Source: an uncultured archaeon
GTDB lineage: Archaea > Altiarchaeota > Altiarchaeia > IMC4 > JBDREA01
Length of the DNA: 27,687 nt
Assembly: GCA_964443985.1 (NCBI GenBank)
Contig: CAYUFO010000001.1
Location: forward strand, 1 to 27,687
Direction of reading: 5' to 3'
In this document: positions 7,780 through 16,472 of the stretch, piece by piece
Layout of the letters: each line of letters opens with the position of its first letter
Numbering within the stretch: the first letter of the stretch is position 1
Notes under the pieces: model-generated
Databases searched by the model: none
Told to the model about the DNA's origin: nothing
What the model saw: the letters and a program-made list of their open reading frames with translations, nothing else
Position numbers and translations under genes: made by a program

Positions 7780-9591
7780 TTGATGATGCAATCGAGGGAT
7801 TTTTTCCGCAGCGACTCGACAATCCTCTCCATCTTGCTTGTCCTCTCCCTCGTTTTTCCCCTTCTTTTTTTCCAGGAAGGATTCTTCTCCCCTGACGAGC
7901 GCGAATACACGTATCTCGCCCAAAACCTCGTTGCACATCAGTCGCTGGACGTCAGCCACCGCTTCCCCGCCTGGGAGGAGACTTATTCCTCTCTCGCCCT
8001 TCCACGGGGGTTTCTCGTCTCCCCCCACGATGCCGCCGTCGTCCACGCTGTCTGTTTTTTTGGCTATTCCCTCTTTGCCGCCCCCCTCGTCGCCGTGGTC
8101 GGGGCAAACGGCCTCATACTCTTTAACGTCCTTCTCACCGCAGTGTCCGTCGTCCTCGTGTATCTGGTAGCCCAACGCGTATGGTCACAGCAAGACGTCG
8201 CATTCATCTCTGCGCTTCTCTATCTGTTGGCAAGCCCTGCCCTCTTCTACGCCACCAGCTACTGGTATCACCCCCTCATCAACGGCAGCTTTCTTGCCTG
8301 TGTCTACCTGTTCGTCATCGGCTCCCGCCCGCGAGATGATTTCCTCTTTTTCATCGCTGCCGGTGTCTGTCTTTGGACGGCCTACTACATGATCGTGCCC
8401 CTTAGCGTGCTCGCGTTGGCCCGGGCCCATAGAGAAAGCAGCGGGTACGGGAGACTCGGCATCCTCTTTGTCTTCGGCGCACTGCTCCTTCCCACAGTCA
8501 TCTATAATGAATTAGTGTATGATGCCATGTTCACCGGCTATCTTGGCGGTCTTCTGCCGCCCTCCCAGGACACCGTTTCCCGGTCGGTACTCGGGCTCGT
8601 CTGGCATGGGGGCACCCTGGTGTTCTTCGGCGTCATGGGATTCTTCGTCTGCCGCATCTGCACGGCCTTGGCGTACCCTGATTTTTCGTATCTCCAGAAG
8701 GCGCTGCTCGAATCCTCCCCCCACCTCATCGCAGCCGTCCCGGGGTATCTGCTCGCCCGGGAGCGCTTGGCCGCTCCTCGCTGGCGGGCAGTCCTTATCG
8801 CCCATCTCCTCTATGCGGCCATGGTCGTCTGGGGGAAGACCAATTCCTTCGGGGGCTGGACGCTCACGGCGCGCTACATGCTCCCAGTCGTCCCCCTCCT
8901 CGTCGTCCTGGCCGCGGGTTACCTCGCGCGTGTCTGTCAGTCACGCTGGATCGCCTTCGTCATCGCCGCCTCTTTTATTGGCTCCCTGTTGGTCGCCCTT
9001 CCCGACGACCCCGCCATCGTCTGGGGCACCCAGTCAGGGACGTCGTTGGTTCTGCTCTCATTCACACTCTTCTTTTTTCTCATTTCTCGCCTGCACCCCA
9101 ATAGCAACCCGTTCTTGCTCTCCCTTGTCTTCTATCTCGCCGTGGGGGCGGGCGTCATGAACTCTGTCTTCGACGCCCGTCTGGGCATGGCGGTGCGCGC
9201 GCATTCGGGACAATTGAGCTCGGCGGTTGCCTCGGTGATTCCCGCCGGGGCGGCTGTCTTCATCCCCCAGACACTCTACTTTGATTTCGCAGATTACTCC
9301 CACCACCACGTCTACTGGTATCCGCCTGCATCCGATCCCTATCAAAACGCCACCCATGACGCCTCTGTTGCCGAGATGGCAGCAGTCATCGACCACTATC
9401 TCGCTCGGGGCACGGCCGTCTACGTCCTCGCCGACCACGACACCCTGATTAAGGCGTCCGTCTCTCCTCAACTCTCTGACCGATACTTGTTTGAAAAACG
9501 CGGTATCATCGATACCCGTTTCCTCCACTCCCCATTCTATCAACTCAGCGGAAAAGGTGAGGATCAAAGGACAAGACAATATTTCCTTTAG
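7780..9591 (+). CDS. Multi-pass membrane GT-C fold glycosyltransferase-like protein (ArnT/PMT-like)
   Basis: N-terminal TM followed by SPDEREY (acidic DE motif typical of GT-C), roughly a dozen hydrophobic helices, an ARYMLP motif and a soluble C-terminal domain. Confidence 0.7.
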   Translation: MMMQSRDFFRSDSTILSILLVLSLVFPLLFFQEGFFSPDEREYTYLAQNLVAHQSLDVSHRFPAWEETYSSLALPRGFLVSPHDAAVVHAVCFFGYSLFAAPLVAVVGANGLILFNVLLTAVSVVLVYLVAQRVWSQQDVAFISALLYLLASPALFYATSYWYHPLINGSFLACVYLFVIGSRPRDDFLFFIAAGVCLWTAYYMIVPLSVLALARAHRESSGYGRLGILFVFGALLLPTVIYNELVYDAMFTGYLGGLLPPSQDTVSRSVLGLVWHGGTLVFFGVMGFFVCRICTALAYPDFSYLQKALLESSPHLIAAVPGYLLARERLAAPRWRAVLIAHLLYAAMVVWGKTNSFGGWTLTARYMLPVVPLLVVLAAGYLARVCQSRWIAFVIAASFIGSLLVALPDDPAIVWGTQSGTSLVLLSFTLFFFLISRLHPNSNPFLLSLVFYLAVGAGVMNSVFDARLGMAVRAHSGQLSSAVASVIPAGAAVFIPQTLYFDFADYSHHHVYWYPPASDPYQNATHDASVAEMAAVIDHYLARGTAVYVLADHDTLIKASVSPQLSDRYLFEKRGIIDTRFLHSPFYQLSGKGEDQRTRQYFL

Positions 9592-11698
9592 CAGGGGTAG
9601 GCGGGGGCGAAATCCTCAGAAGCAGACCGTCACGCTCTGTTGCAAGGGCTGTCCCGTTTTGATGTGCCTGCCAGCCGGGATGGTAGGCCATCGATACCGT
9701 GATGGACTCGCAGGTCCCCGTCACATTCTCGACGACGACGCGGTCGTGGCCGAGGCTTGGGATGCGGGCGGGGCATCCAGGGGTCTTTCCCGCAACGTAG
9801 CCGTCCGGATTGGGGGGAACTCGATAGATGGCGAACCCGTCGATGACGGTTTCGAGCGTCGCCTGCCGATAGTCGGCGAAGAACTGCTTGCTCGGCCCGT
9901 GCCAGAGGACGAGGTAGCCGACATTGAAGCGATGCAGGGCCTCCCGCATCCCCTCGTATGTCATCTCTTCGACGGGCGTCCCGAAGAAGAGTCCCTCCAC
10001 GACGGTCAGGTTGCCTGCGCCCCGAAAGACGGGGAACGCCTGGGTCCGGGCGACGAATCGGAGCTCGTCGCCGGCATCCATGGGCGCGAGGGCCGGCATG
10101 GCCCCCTGACCCCACGGCTTTTTTACGAAGAAAGGATGCTCGACGTCCTCGAGGACGACCCGCGATGTCCCATCAGCGTGGTCGTAGAGCCATGCGTAGA
10201 CCGTTGAGACGTTTTCCGGCAGTCCCGCGCGCAGGACGGTCGACGACTCCTGGGACGCCCCATGGGTGTCGGCGAGGACGAGGCTCCCAAGGGGAGGGCA
10301 CAGGAGCACCGCGGCAAGCGAGAAGAGAGCCGCCACCCTCACGAGGCCGCCCCGCTCAAGGCCGGCGATGAGCGCCTCCCCCAGAGGGACGAGCAACGCC
10401 AAGGCGACGAGGGGGACGAGGTGCAGGAGCTCGAAATGCCAAAGCTGCGGGATGCCGCCTCCCGCGAAGGCCACGGCGTAAAGGAGAAGGGGAAAGCCAT
10501 ACAGGGACCGCCGGACGGGGTCCGTCCGCCGCCCGCTTTCGGCCAAGCGCCAGTAGCCCCACGCAAGAACCGGCCACGCCGCCAGGGGGAGCGCGGCCAG
10601 GAGGTTGACCTGCCAGTTGACGAAGCCGATGAGTGTCGAATACGAATGGAACGTCAATCCCGTGTCGTGGACATGGGCATCGCCTGCGAGGACGCCCGCA
10701 ATCGCGGGAACGCTCCAAAATCCCGTCGCCACGATTGGCAGGGCCACGGCCGAGAGTCCGATTGCCATTTTTTTCGTCGCAGGCATCCGCCATCCAACAA
10801 CCAGCGCCACGACCCCCACGACCATGCCCACGTGGATGACGGGGTGGGCGAGGAGGACGAGCGCTCCCGCCAGGACGAAGCCCGCGAACGCCCGCCAGGT
10901 CCCCGTGCGGAGGAATCGAAGGAAGAACGCCAGGGCCAAGGGCGCCAACCCCAGCGCCAAAAGCATCGGCGTCGTCCCCCAAAAGAGCATCTCGGCGAAT
11001 CGGGAGGACGGCATGGCGGACAAGAGCGCGACGAGCGTCTGCCCACGCCGAGGGAGCCCGGCTTCCCCGGCCAGCACATACATGGCTGCGGGCACCAGCA
11101 CGATGACGGCGAAGAGGACAATCCTGTAGGCGGTCGGCACCGACAGCAATCCTTTGGACCCGCCGGTCAACCCCGCGACGAGCATCGACACCAAGGGCGG
11201 ATAATACTGGTGGACCGGGTAACCTGCGAAGAAATGCTGGGTCCATCCCCACACGCCTTTCTGGTCGGGCAGCAATAATTCCTTCATGGCGTACGCGTGA
11301 TACTGATGCATGGGATGGTCCAAGGTGGCCACGACTCCTTCCCCGAACACGCCGAAGACGGTGGCATGGTAGGACGCGAGGACAAGGACGACCACCGCAA
11401 GCCAGCCGCGGGGCATCGACAACCCCCTGCGCACGCAGGCGACCAGGCGGTTGAACACGGGGTCGTGTGCGAGCCCGAAGAAAAAACGCCGGGCCACCCA
11501 TGCCCACAACGCGAAGGCGGCAAAGAGCACCACCGACGCGAGGAAGAGCTCGGCCGGCAACGGGAGGACGAACTCCGCAGGATAGCTCGGCTGGGCGTAC
11601 GACGAAAGCGAGATGAACAGGAAAAACGAGAAAAACAGGAGGCCCAAAACACCTTCCCCCAGTCCCAGCCGCTCGAGGCCCACGCCGTCGCCACCCAT
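9545..11698 (-). CDS. Membrane glycosyltransferase-like protein (PTPS-related membrane domain with YfhO-like C-terminus)
   Basis: LDHPMH and W..HFFAGYPVHQYYPPL motifs, many TM helices, and C-terminal VSMAYHPGWQAHQNG (YfhO-like). Start at ATG 11698 after a GGAGG RBS. Confidence 0.7.
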   Translation of the reverse strand: MGGDGVGLERLGLGEGVLGLLFFSFFLFISLSSYAQPSYPAEFVLPLPAELFLASVVLFAAFALWAWVARRFFFGLAHDPVFNRLVACVRRGLSMPRGWLAVVVLVLASYHATVFGVFGEGVVATLDHPMHQYHAYAMKELLLPDQKGVWGWTQHFFAGYPVHQYYPPLVSMLVAGLTGGSKGLLSVPTAYRIVLFAVIVLVPAAMYVLAGEAGLPRRGQTLVALLSAMPSSRFAEMLFWGTTPMLLALGLAPLALAFFLRFLRTGTWRAFAGFVLAGALVLLAHPVIHVGMVVGVVALVVGWRMPATKKMAIGLSAVALPIVATGFWSVPAIAGVLAGDAHVHDTGLTFHSYSTLIGFVNWQVNLLAALPLAAWPVLAWGYWRLAESGRRTDPVRRSLYGFPLLLYAVAFAGGGIPQLWHFELLHLVPLVALALLVPLGEALIAGLERGGLVRVAALFSLAAVLLCPPLGSLVLADTHGASQESSTVLRAGLPENVSTVYAWLYDHADGTSRVVLEDVEHPFFVKKPWGQGAMPALAPMDAGDELRFVARTQAFPVFRGAGNLTVVEGLFFGTPVEEMTYEGMREALHRFNVGYLVLWHGPSKQFFADYRQATLETVIDGFAIYRVPPNPDGYVAGKTPGCPARIPSLGHDRVVVENVTGTCESITVSMAYHPGWQAHQNGTALATERDGLLLRISPPPTPAKGNIVLSFDPHLFR

Positions 11699-11746
11699 TT
11701 TATATAGTCCTCCTTTCTCATTACATCTAGAAAAACCCCGCCTCCC

Positions 11747-11760
11747 GGAAACCGGTTTCC
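11747..11760. promoter_or_regulatory. Perfect 14-bp palindrome GGAAACCGGTTTCC in the divergent intergenic region
   Basis: Self-complementary. It lies between the ATG at 11698 (-) and the rpl21e ATG at 11840 (+). Confidence 0.45.
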
Positions 11761-11839
11761 GCGCCAAGCCCCGCTGATGGGAACCAAGGGTATTTTTAAG
11801 AGGAAACACCGTATTACATAGCCCTAACCCGGTGACACC

Positions 11840-12127
11840 ATGAAAGGATCGCACGGCTATCGCAGAAAGACGAGGAACCTCCACGTCGACCACCGCCGCA
11901 AGGGCAAGATACAGATTAGAAAGCTCCTTGCCGACTTCGCCGAGGGGGACATCGTCTCCGTCGCCATCGACGCCCGCTCCCAGGCCATCCCCCACCCCCG
12001 CTTCCAGGGGAAGACGGGCCGCGTCGTGGGCAGGCAGGGACGCTCGTTCTTCGTGGCGGTCGGCGACGGCAGCAAAAAAAAGAAGGTGCTCGTCGCACCC
12101 GAGCACCTCATAAAAGGGGGGGACTGA
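11840..12127 (+). CDS. rpl21e: 50S ribosomal protein L21e
   Basis: SHGYRRKTR and PHPRFQGKTGRVVGRQGR, ending in PEHL. Confidence 0.97.
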   Translation: MKGSHGYRRKTRNLHVDHRRKGKIQIRKLLADFAEGDIVSVAIDARSQAIPHPRFQGKTGRVVGRQGRSFFVAVGDGSKKKKVLVAPEHLIKGGD

Positions 12128-12130
12128 GCC

Positions 12131-12475
12131 ATGGACGTCATCTCAAGCGAACCCGTATCCATAGCGGACGTGAAAAACATTCTGGAAAAACGCGACAAGG
12201 AGGTGCGCGCCCTCGGAGAGGAGCTCTACTACGAGCAGCGCCGCGCCCTCGACCACGCCCAGCACTTCGCCAAGCTCGGCGTCACCGACACCCGCAAGCT
12301 CATAAAGGAGATTGGAGGACTCGACCTCGACCTCAACGCCGAACAAGTCATCAAGTTCGCCGACCTTTTACCTGAGACCATCGACGACGTCCGCGCCATC
12401 TTTGCCAAGGAACGCTTCAAATACGAGGCCGACGACATACGGAAGATCCTCGACGTCGTCGACAAATACCGCTAG
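12131..12475 (+). CDS. rpo4: DNA-directed RNA polymerase subunit F (Rpo4)
   Basis: EPVSIADVK, ELYYEQRRALDHAQHF, LLPETIDDVRAIFAKER and ILDVVDKY. Canonical position after rpl21e. Confidence 0.95.
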   Translation: MDVISSEPVSIADVKNILEKRDKEVRALGEELYYEQRRALDHAQHFAKLGVTDTRKLIKEIGGLDLDLNAEQVIKFADLLPETIDDVRAIFAKERFKYEADDIRKILDVVDKYR

Positions 12476-12523
12476 GCGGTGCCTGGAGGGATTGAGATTT
12501 TGGACCGCACCGATAGCCATACC

Positions 12524-13087
12524 ATGGACAAGGACTCCTACGCGCGCGTGCTCGACTTCCTGCCCAAAGGCAAATCCGACGTGCCCAGCCACAAGCGCAG
12601 GCCGCTCCTGCAGATAATCGGCGAGACGCGGTTCTCGCTTCTCGAGGTGACTCCAAAGGAGGGCCAGACCTTCGCCACCAATGAACGGGTGTACATCGGC
12701 GAGGGCAGCCGCGAGAAGATAGACCACATCGAGCGCCGCATCAAATACGAGTGGCTGACCCCCACCGCCAGGTCGGAGCTCCCCCACGTCCTCAAGGAGC
12801 TCGTCGAGGAAAACGAGGAGCGCTTCGTCGAGTTCTACAACACGGCCGGCATCATCTCCACGCGCCTGCACAAGCTCGAGACGCTGCCCAAGATAGGCAA
12901 ACGCCACCGAAACGACATCCTCGCCGAGAGAAAGCTCAAACCCTTCGAGTCGTTTGCCGACATGCATGAACGAGTCCGGAATCTCCCCGACCCCACCAAG
13001 ACCATCGCAGACAAGATCGTAGAGGAGCTCAAGGGCGAGAGCAAGTACCTCCTCTTCGTCCACCTCCCCAAAGACCAGATCAGATAG
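12524..13087 (+). CDS. DUF655 family putative RNA-binding protein
   Basis: YARVLDFLPKG, QIIGETRFSLLEV, RVYIGEGSREKI and RLHKLETLPKIGK. Conserved rpl21e-rpo4-DUF655 order. Alternative GTG start at 12479. Confidence 0.92.
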   Translation: MDKDSYARVLDFLPKGKSDVPSHKRRPLLQIIGETRFSLLEVTPKEGQTFATNERVYIGEGSREKIDHIERRIKYEWLTPTARSELPHVLKELVEENEERFVEFYNTAGIISTRLHKLETLPKIGKRHRNDILAERKLKPFESFADMHERVRNLPDPTKTIADKIVEELKGESKYLLFVHLPKDQIR

Positions 13088-13104
13088 CGAACAAACTACG
13101 CCAC

Positions 13105-13362
13105 GTGGTAAAAATAGCCCCCGTCATCACCATCGACAAAGACAAGTGCATCGCATGCGGGGCCTGCAAGACCGCCTGCCCCGTCCAGCTCTTCTCCATC
13201 GTCGACGACAAGGCCACCCTCACCGGGGACCCAGACAAGTGCGTCCTCTGCCAAGCCTGCGAGAACACCTGTCCCGTCGGCGCGATAAAAGTGAGCGAAA
13301 AAACCAAGGGGGAACAAGATGGACGAACACCAAGCGACAAGCGAGGAACCACGCACCACTGA
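13105..13362 (+). CDS. 2x[4Fe-4S] ferredoxin
   Basis: [12 protein letters not shown] and [19 protein letters not shown] start. The C-terminal tail overlaps alba. Confidence 0.9.
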   Translation: MVKIAPVITIDKDKCIACGACKTACPVQLFSIVDDKATLTGDPDKCVLCQACENTCPVGAIKVSEKTKGEQDGRTPSDKRGTTHH

Positions 13363-13663
13363 ACCCGAAGCCGCCGCCCTGCCGTCCGCCCAGGACGGCG
13401 ACGAGCACACCGTCTTCATCGATAAAAAGGACATGAAAAACCACGTCATGGCGGTCCTCACCCAGTTCAACAGCGGCGTATCCGAGGTCACCATCAAGGC
13501 GCGGGGACGAGCCATCAGCCGCGCCGTCGACGTCGCCGAATACGTCCGCAACCGCTTCCTCGCAGACGTCGCCGTCAAAGACATCCGCATCTCGACCGAA
13601 GAGATAGCAGGCGACGAGGACCCCGTCAAGGTCTCGGCCGTCGAGATAAGCCTCTCCCGATAA
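13319..13663 (+). CDS. albA: DNA/RNA-binding chromatin protein Alba with acidic N-terminal extension
   Basis: [19 protein letters not shown] and [17 protein letters not shown] upstream. Confidence 0.95.
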   Translation: MDEHQATSEEPRTTEPEAAALPSAQDGDEHTVFIDKKDMKNHVMAVLTQFNSGVSEVTIKARGRAISRAVDVAEYVRNRFLADVAVKDIRISTEEIAGDEDPVKVSAVEISLSR

Positions 13664-13675
13664 CAGAAGAGAAAA

Positions 13676-14164
13676 ATGGGGCTGCCCATATGCGACCTGT
13701 GCGCGAAGACCGGCATCCTGTGCGGAGCCTGCGAGGATCGGATCGCGCGCAAGAAAATCTCGGACCTCGACGTCAAACTCGCCACCATCCTCTACGAGCT
13801 CGGCAAGGGTGAGATAGGGTTCGAGCGCGCCATCGAGACCGACGACGCCATCATCGTCCTCACCCCGAAAAAGGACGTCGGCAAGGTCATCGGCAAGGGC
13901 GGCGCCACCATCCGCCTGCTCGCAGAACGCCTCGGCAAACCCGTCCGCGCCATCAGCGTCGGCGACATCGATGCCACCATCCACGACTTCCTCGCCCCCG
14001 CCCGGGTGACGGGCACCAGCACGGTCTACAAGCCCGACGGCACCACCGTCCTGCGCGTCCGCGTCAACCCCCGAGACCGGGAAAAGCTCCGGATGGCCAC
14101 GGTCACCGTCGAGCAGCTCCTCTCCTCGCTCTCCGAAAGCGACGTTAAAATAACCTTCGCCTAA
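13676..14164 (+). CDS. Archaeal NusA-like KH-domain protein with N-terminal Cys4 motif
   Basis: PICDLCAKTGILCGAC and KH motif GKVIGKGGATIRLLAERLGKPVR. Confidence 0.88.
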   Translation: MGLPICDLCAKTGILCGACEDRIARKKISDLDVKLATILYELGKGEIGFERAIETDDAIIVLTPKKDVGKVIGKGGATIRLLAERLGKPVRAISVGDIDATIHDFLAPARVTGTSTVYKPDGTTVLRVRVNPRDREKLRMATVTVEQLLSSLSESDVKITFA

Positions 14165-14186
14165 ATGCTAACCCAGATGTGATACC

Positions 14187-15485
14187 ATGCGTTCCCACTA
14201 CACGAGCGAGCTCACCGCCGACCTCGACGGCACCGCCGTCAAAGTCGCCGGCTGGCTTCATGAGATCCGAGACCTCGGCAAGCTGAAATTCCTCCTCGTC
14301 CGCGACCGCGAGGGCCTCATCCAAGTCACCGCCAAGGAGGGCGTCACCGACGCGCGCCTCTTCACCGTCATCGATTCGCTCACCCGCGAGTCCGTCATCC
14401 TCGTCGAGGGCGCGGTGAGCGCGAACCCCAAGGCCCCAGGCGGCGTCGAATTGCAGCCCAAGCGCATCAAGATCCTCGCCAAGGCGAAGACGCCCTTGCC
14501 CCTCGACGTCACCGGGAAGGTCGACGCCGACCTCGACACCCGCCTCAACAACCGCTACCTGGACGTCAGGAAGCCGAAGGTCGCCGCCGTCTTCAAGGTC
14601 CGCAGCACCGTCCAGCGGGCCTTCCGCGAGTACTTCGCAAAGAACAAGTTCATCGAGGTCAATACCCCCACCGTCATCGCCGCGGCAAGCGAGGGCGGCA
14701 CCGACCTCTTCGCCATCAGCTACTTCGAGCGCGAGGCCTTCCTCGCCCAAAGCCCCCAGCTCTACAAGCAGATGATGATGGCATCGGGCCTCGACAGAGT
14801 GTTCATCACGACGCCCGTCTTTCGCGCCGAGACCCACAACACCACCCGCCACCTCAACGAGATTCTGCAGATGGACGTGGAGGTCGCCTTCATCCGCGAC
14901 GAGGAGGACGTCCTCAAGTACCTAGAGGGCGTCACCGCCCACATCTTCAAGAGCGTGGCAGAGGAGCGGGAAAAAGAGCTTGAGCAACTCGGCCGGACGC
15001 TTGCGGTGCCCAAGACGCCCTTCACCCGCCTCACCTACGACGAGGTCCTCGAGCTCCTTGCCGCCAAGGGTCTCGAACTCTCCTGGGGAGACGACATCGG
15101 CACCGAGGCCGAGAAGATACTGGGCGCAGAATACGCGGACCCCTTCTTCATCAAGCACTGGCCCATCGACGTCAGAAGCTTCTACAGCCGCCCCCTCGAC
15201 GACAACCCCAAGCTCTGCGGGGCCTTCGACCTCATGTACGCGGGCATCGAGCTCGCAAGCGGCGCCCAGCGCATCCACGAGGAGAAGCAGCTCGTCGAGG
15301 CGCTCGAGAAGCGCGGCCTGTCCGCCGAGAACTTCGAGTTCTACCTGAAGGCCTTCCGCTACGGCATGCCGCCGCACGGCGGCTGGAGCATCGGCGCCGA
15401 GCGCATCACCGAGGTCATCTGCGGCGTCAAGAACATCCGCGAGTGCGTCCTCTTCCCCCGCGACCGCACCCGCCTTGAGCCATGA
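14187..15485 (+). CDS. aspS: Aspartate--tRNA(Asp/Asn) ligase, archaeal non-discriminating type
   Basis: OB-fold GWLHEIRDLG, motif 2 LAQSPQLYKQ...FRAE, and motif 3 GMPPHGGWSIGAER. His and Pro (KAPGG) at the discriminator positions. Confidence 0.96.
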   Translation: MRSHYTSELTADLDGTAVKVAGWLHEIRDLGKLKFLLVRDREGLIQVTAKEGVTDARLFTVIDSLTRESVILVEGAVSANPKAPGGVELQPKRIKILAKAKTPLPLDVTGKVDADLDTRLNNRYLDVRKPKVAAVFKVRSTVQRAFREYFAKNKFIEVNTPTVIAAASEGGTDLFAISYFEREAFLAQSPQLYKQMMMASGLDRVFITTPVFRAETHNTTRHLNEILQMDVEVAFIRDEEDVLKYLEGVTAHIFKSVAEEREKELEQLGRTLAVPKTPFTRLTYDEVLELLAAKGLELSWGDDIGTEAEKILGAEYADPFFIKHWPIDVRSFYSRPLDDNPKLCGAFDLMYAGIELASGAQRIHEEKQLVEALEKRGLSAENFEFYLKAFRYGMPPHGGWSIGAERITEVICGVKNIRECVLFPRDRTRLEP

Positions 15486-15901
15486 AGCAGGAGGAATACG
15501 CGCTCGCCGCCGTCATCGTCGTGGTCGTCGTCTTCGCGGCCTATTTCTTCTTCCAGGGCGAACAAGAGAAGACCTTTCAGCGTCTCCTCGACGCCGAGTG
15601 CCGGGCGCTCGAGGCAGGTGACGTCGAGCAACTGCTCGCCCACACGACCCTCGAGAAGGGAGCAGACGCGTACCTGCAAAAGATCGCCGAAAAGCAGGAG
15701 CTTCTGGCCACCGTCGACGTCGTGTCCTGTCGCCAGGACATCGTATCCCTTGACGGGGGCGACGGCCGGGCCGTCGCCCAGGTCGACCTCGCCATGACGC
15801 TCGCCGCCCAAGGCCAGCAGCATTCGACGGTCAACCGCAAGTCCACCACGTTCGTCGCCACGCCCGCGGGCTGGAAGATAGAGCCCCACGAGGGCTTCTG
15901 A
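15482..15901 (+). CDS. Membrane-anchored small protein, possibly NTF2/SnoaL-like fold
   Basis: N-terminal TM helix, then ALEAGDVEQLL and beta strands ending GWKI. ATGA overlap with the aspS stop. Confidence 0.6.
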   Translation: MKQEEYALAAVIVVVVVFAAYFFFQGEQEKTFQRLLDAECRALEAGDVEQLLAHTTLEKGADAYLQKIAEKQELLATVDVVSCRQDIVSLDGGDGRAVAQVDLAMTLAAQGQQHSTVNRKSTTFVATPAGWKIEPHEGF

Positions 15902-15932
15902 TTTTTTATTGTGTCTCTCCCATTCCTTTCCC

Positions 15933-16472
15933 ATGTCAGCCCCGAAGGTCGTCTTGGTCCTCGCGCCCCTGAACTTCCGCGACGACGAATACAAAAAACC
16001 GCGCAACGTCTTTGAGCAGGCGGGCTTTCGCGTCGAGGTCGCATCTGCCGGATTCATGGAGGCCCGCGGCATGCTCGGCACCGAGGTCGCCGTCGACGTG
16101 TCTCCCGCGGACGTCGACGTCGATGCAGTCGACGCGGTCGTTTTCGCCTCCGGTCCCGGGCTCTCCCGCTATTTTTCCGATCCCGCTATGACGTCCCTGG
16201 CCCGCAGGGCCTTCGAGGGCGGCCGCGTCCTTGGCGCCGTCTCCATCGGCCAGATGGTGCTCGCCAACGCCGGCGTCCTCGCGGGCAGGCGGGCCACGGT
16301 GTGGTCGTCGGGGTCCGACCTCTCTTTTGTCCGGGCCATAAAGGATGCGGGGGCCGTCTACGTCCCCGACGAGCGGGTCGTCGCCGACGGCAACCTCGTC
16401 ACGGCAGTCGGCCCCGAGGACAGCCAGGCCTTCGCCGAGAAAGTGGTCGAGATAGTCACAGGCCGAGCCTGA
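15933..16472 (+). CDS. DJ-1/PfpI family protein lacking the nucleophilic Cys
   Basis: NFRDDEY, DAVVFASGPG, LAGRRATVW and VVADGNLVTAVGP. The nucleophile elbow reads AVSIG. TTTTATT lies about 25 nt upstream of ATG 15933. Confidence 0.88.
   Translation: MSAPKVVLVLAPLNFRDDEYKKPRNVFEQAGFRVEVASAGFMEARGMLGTEVAVDVSPADVDVDAVDAVVFASGPGLSRYFSDPAMTSLARRAFEGGRVLGAVSIGQMVLANAGVLAGRRATVWSSGSDLSFVRAIKDAGAVYVPDERVVADGNLVTAVGPEDSQAFAEKVVEIVTGRA

Noticed and set aside
7702-8175. Long N-terminal extension of PorG
   Set aside because: It is the antisense of the GT-C gene and promoter; the family start MKEIRLHGRGG is at 7701.
11699-12106. Upstream extension of the 853-aa membrane ORF overlapping rpl21e
   Set aside because: Antisense to a real rpl21e gene and across a promoter region. 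The RBS supports 11698.
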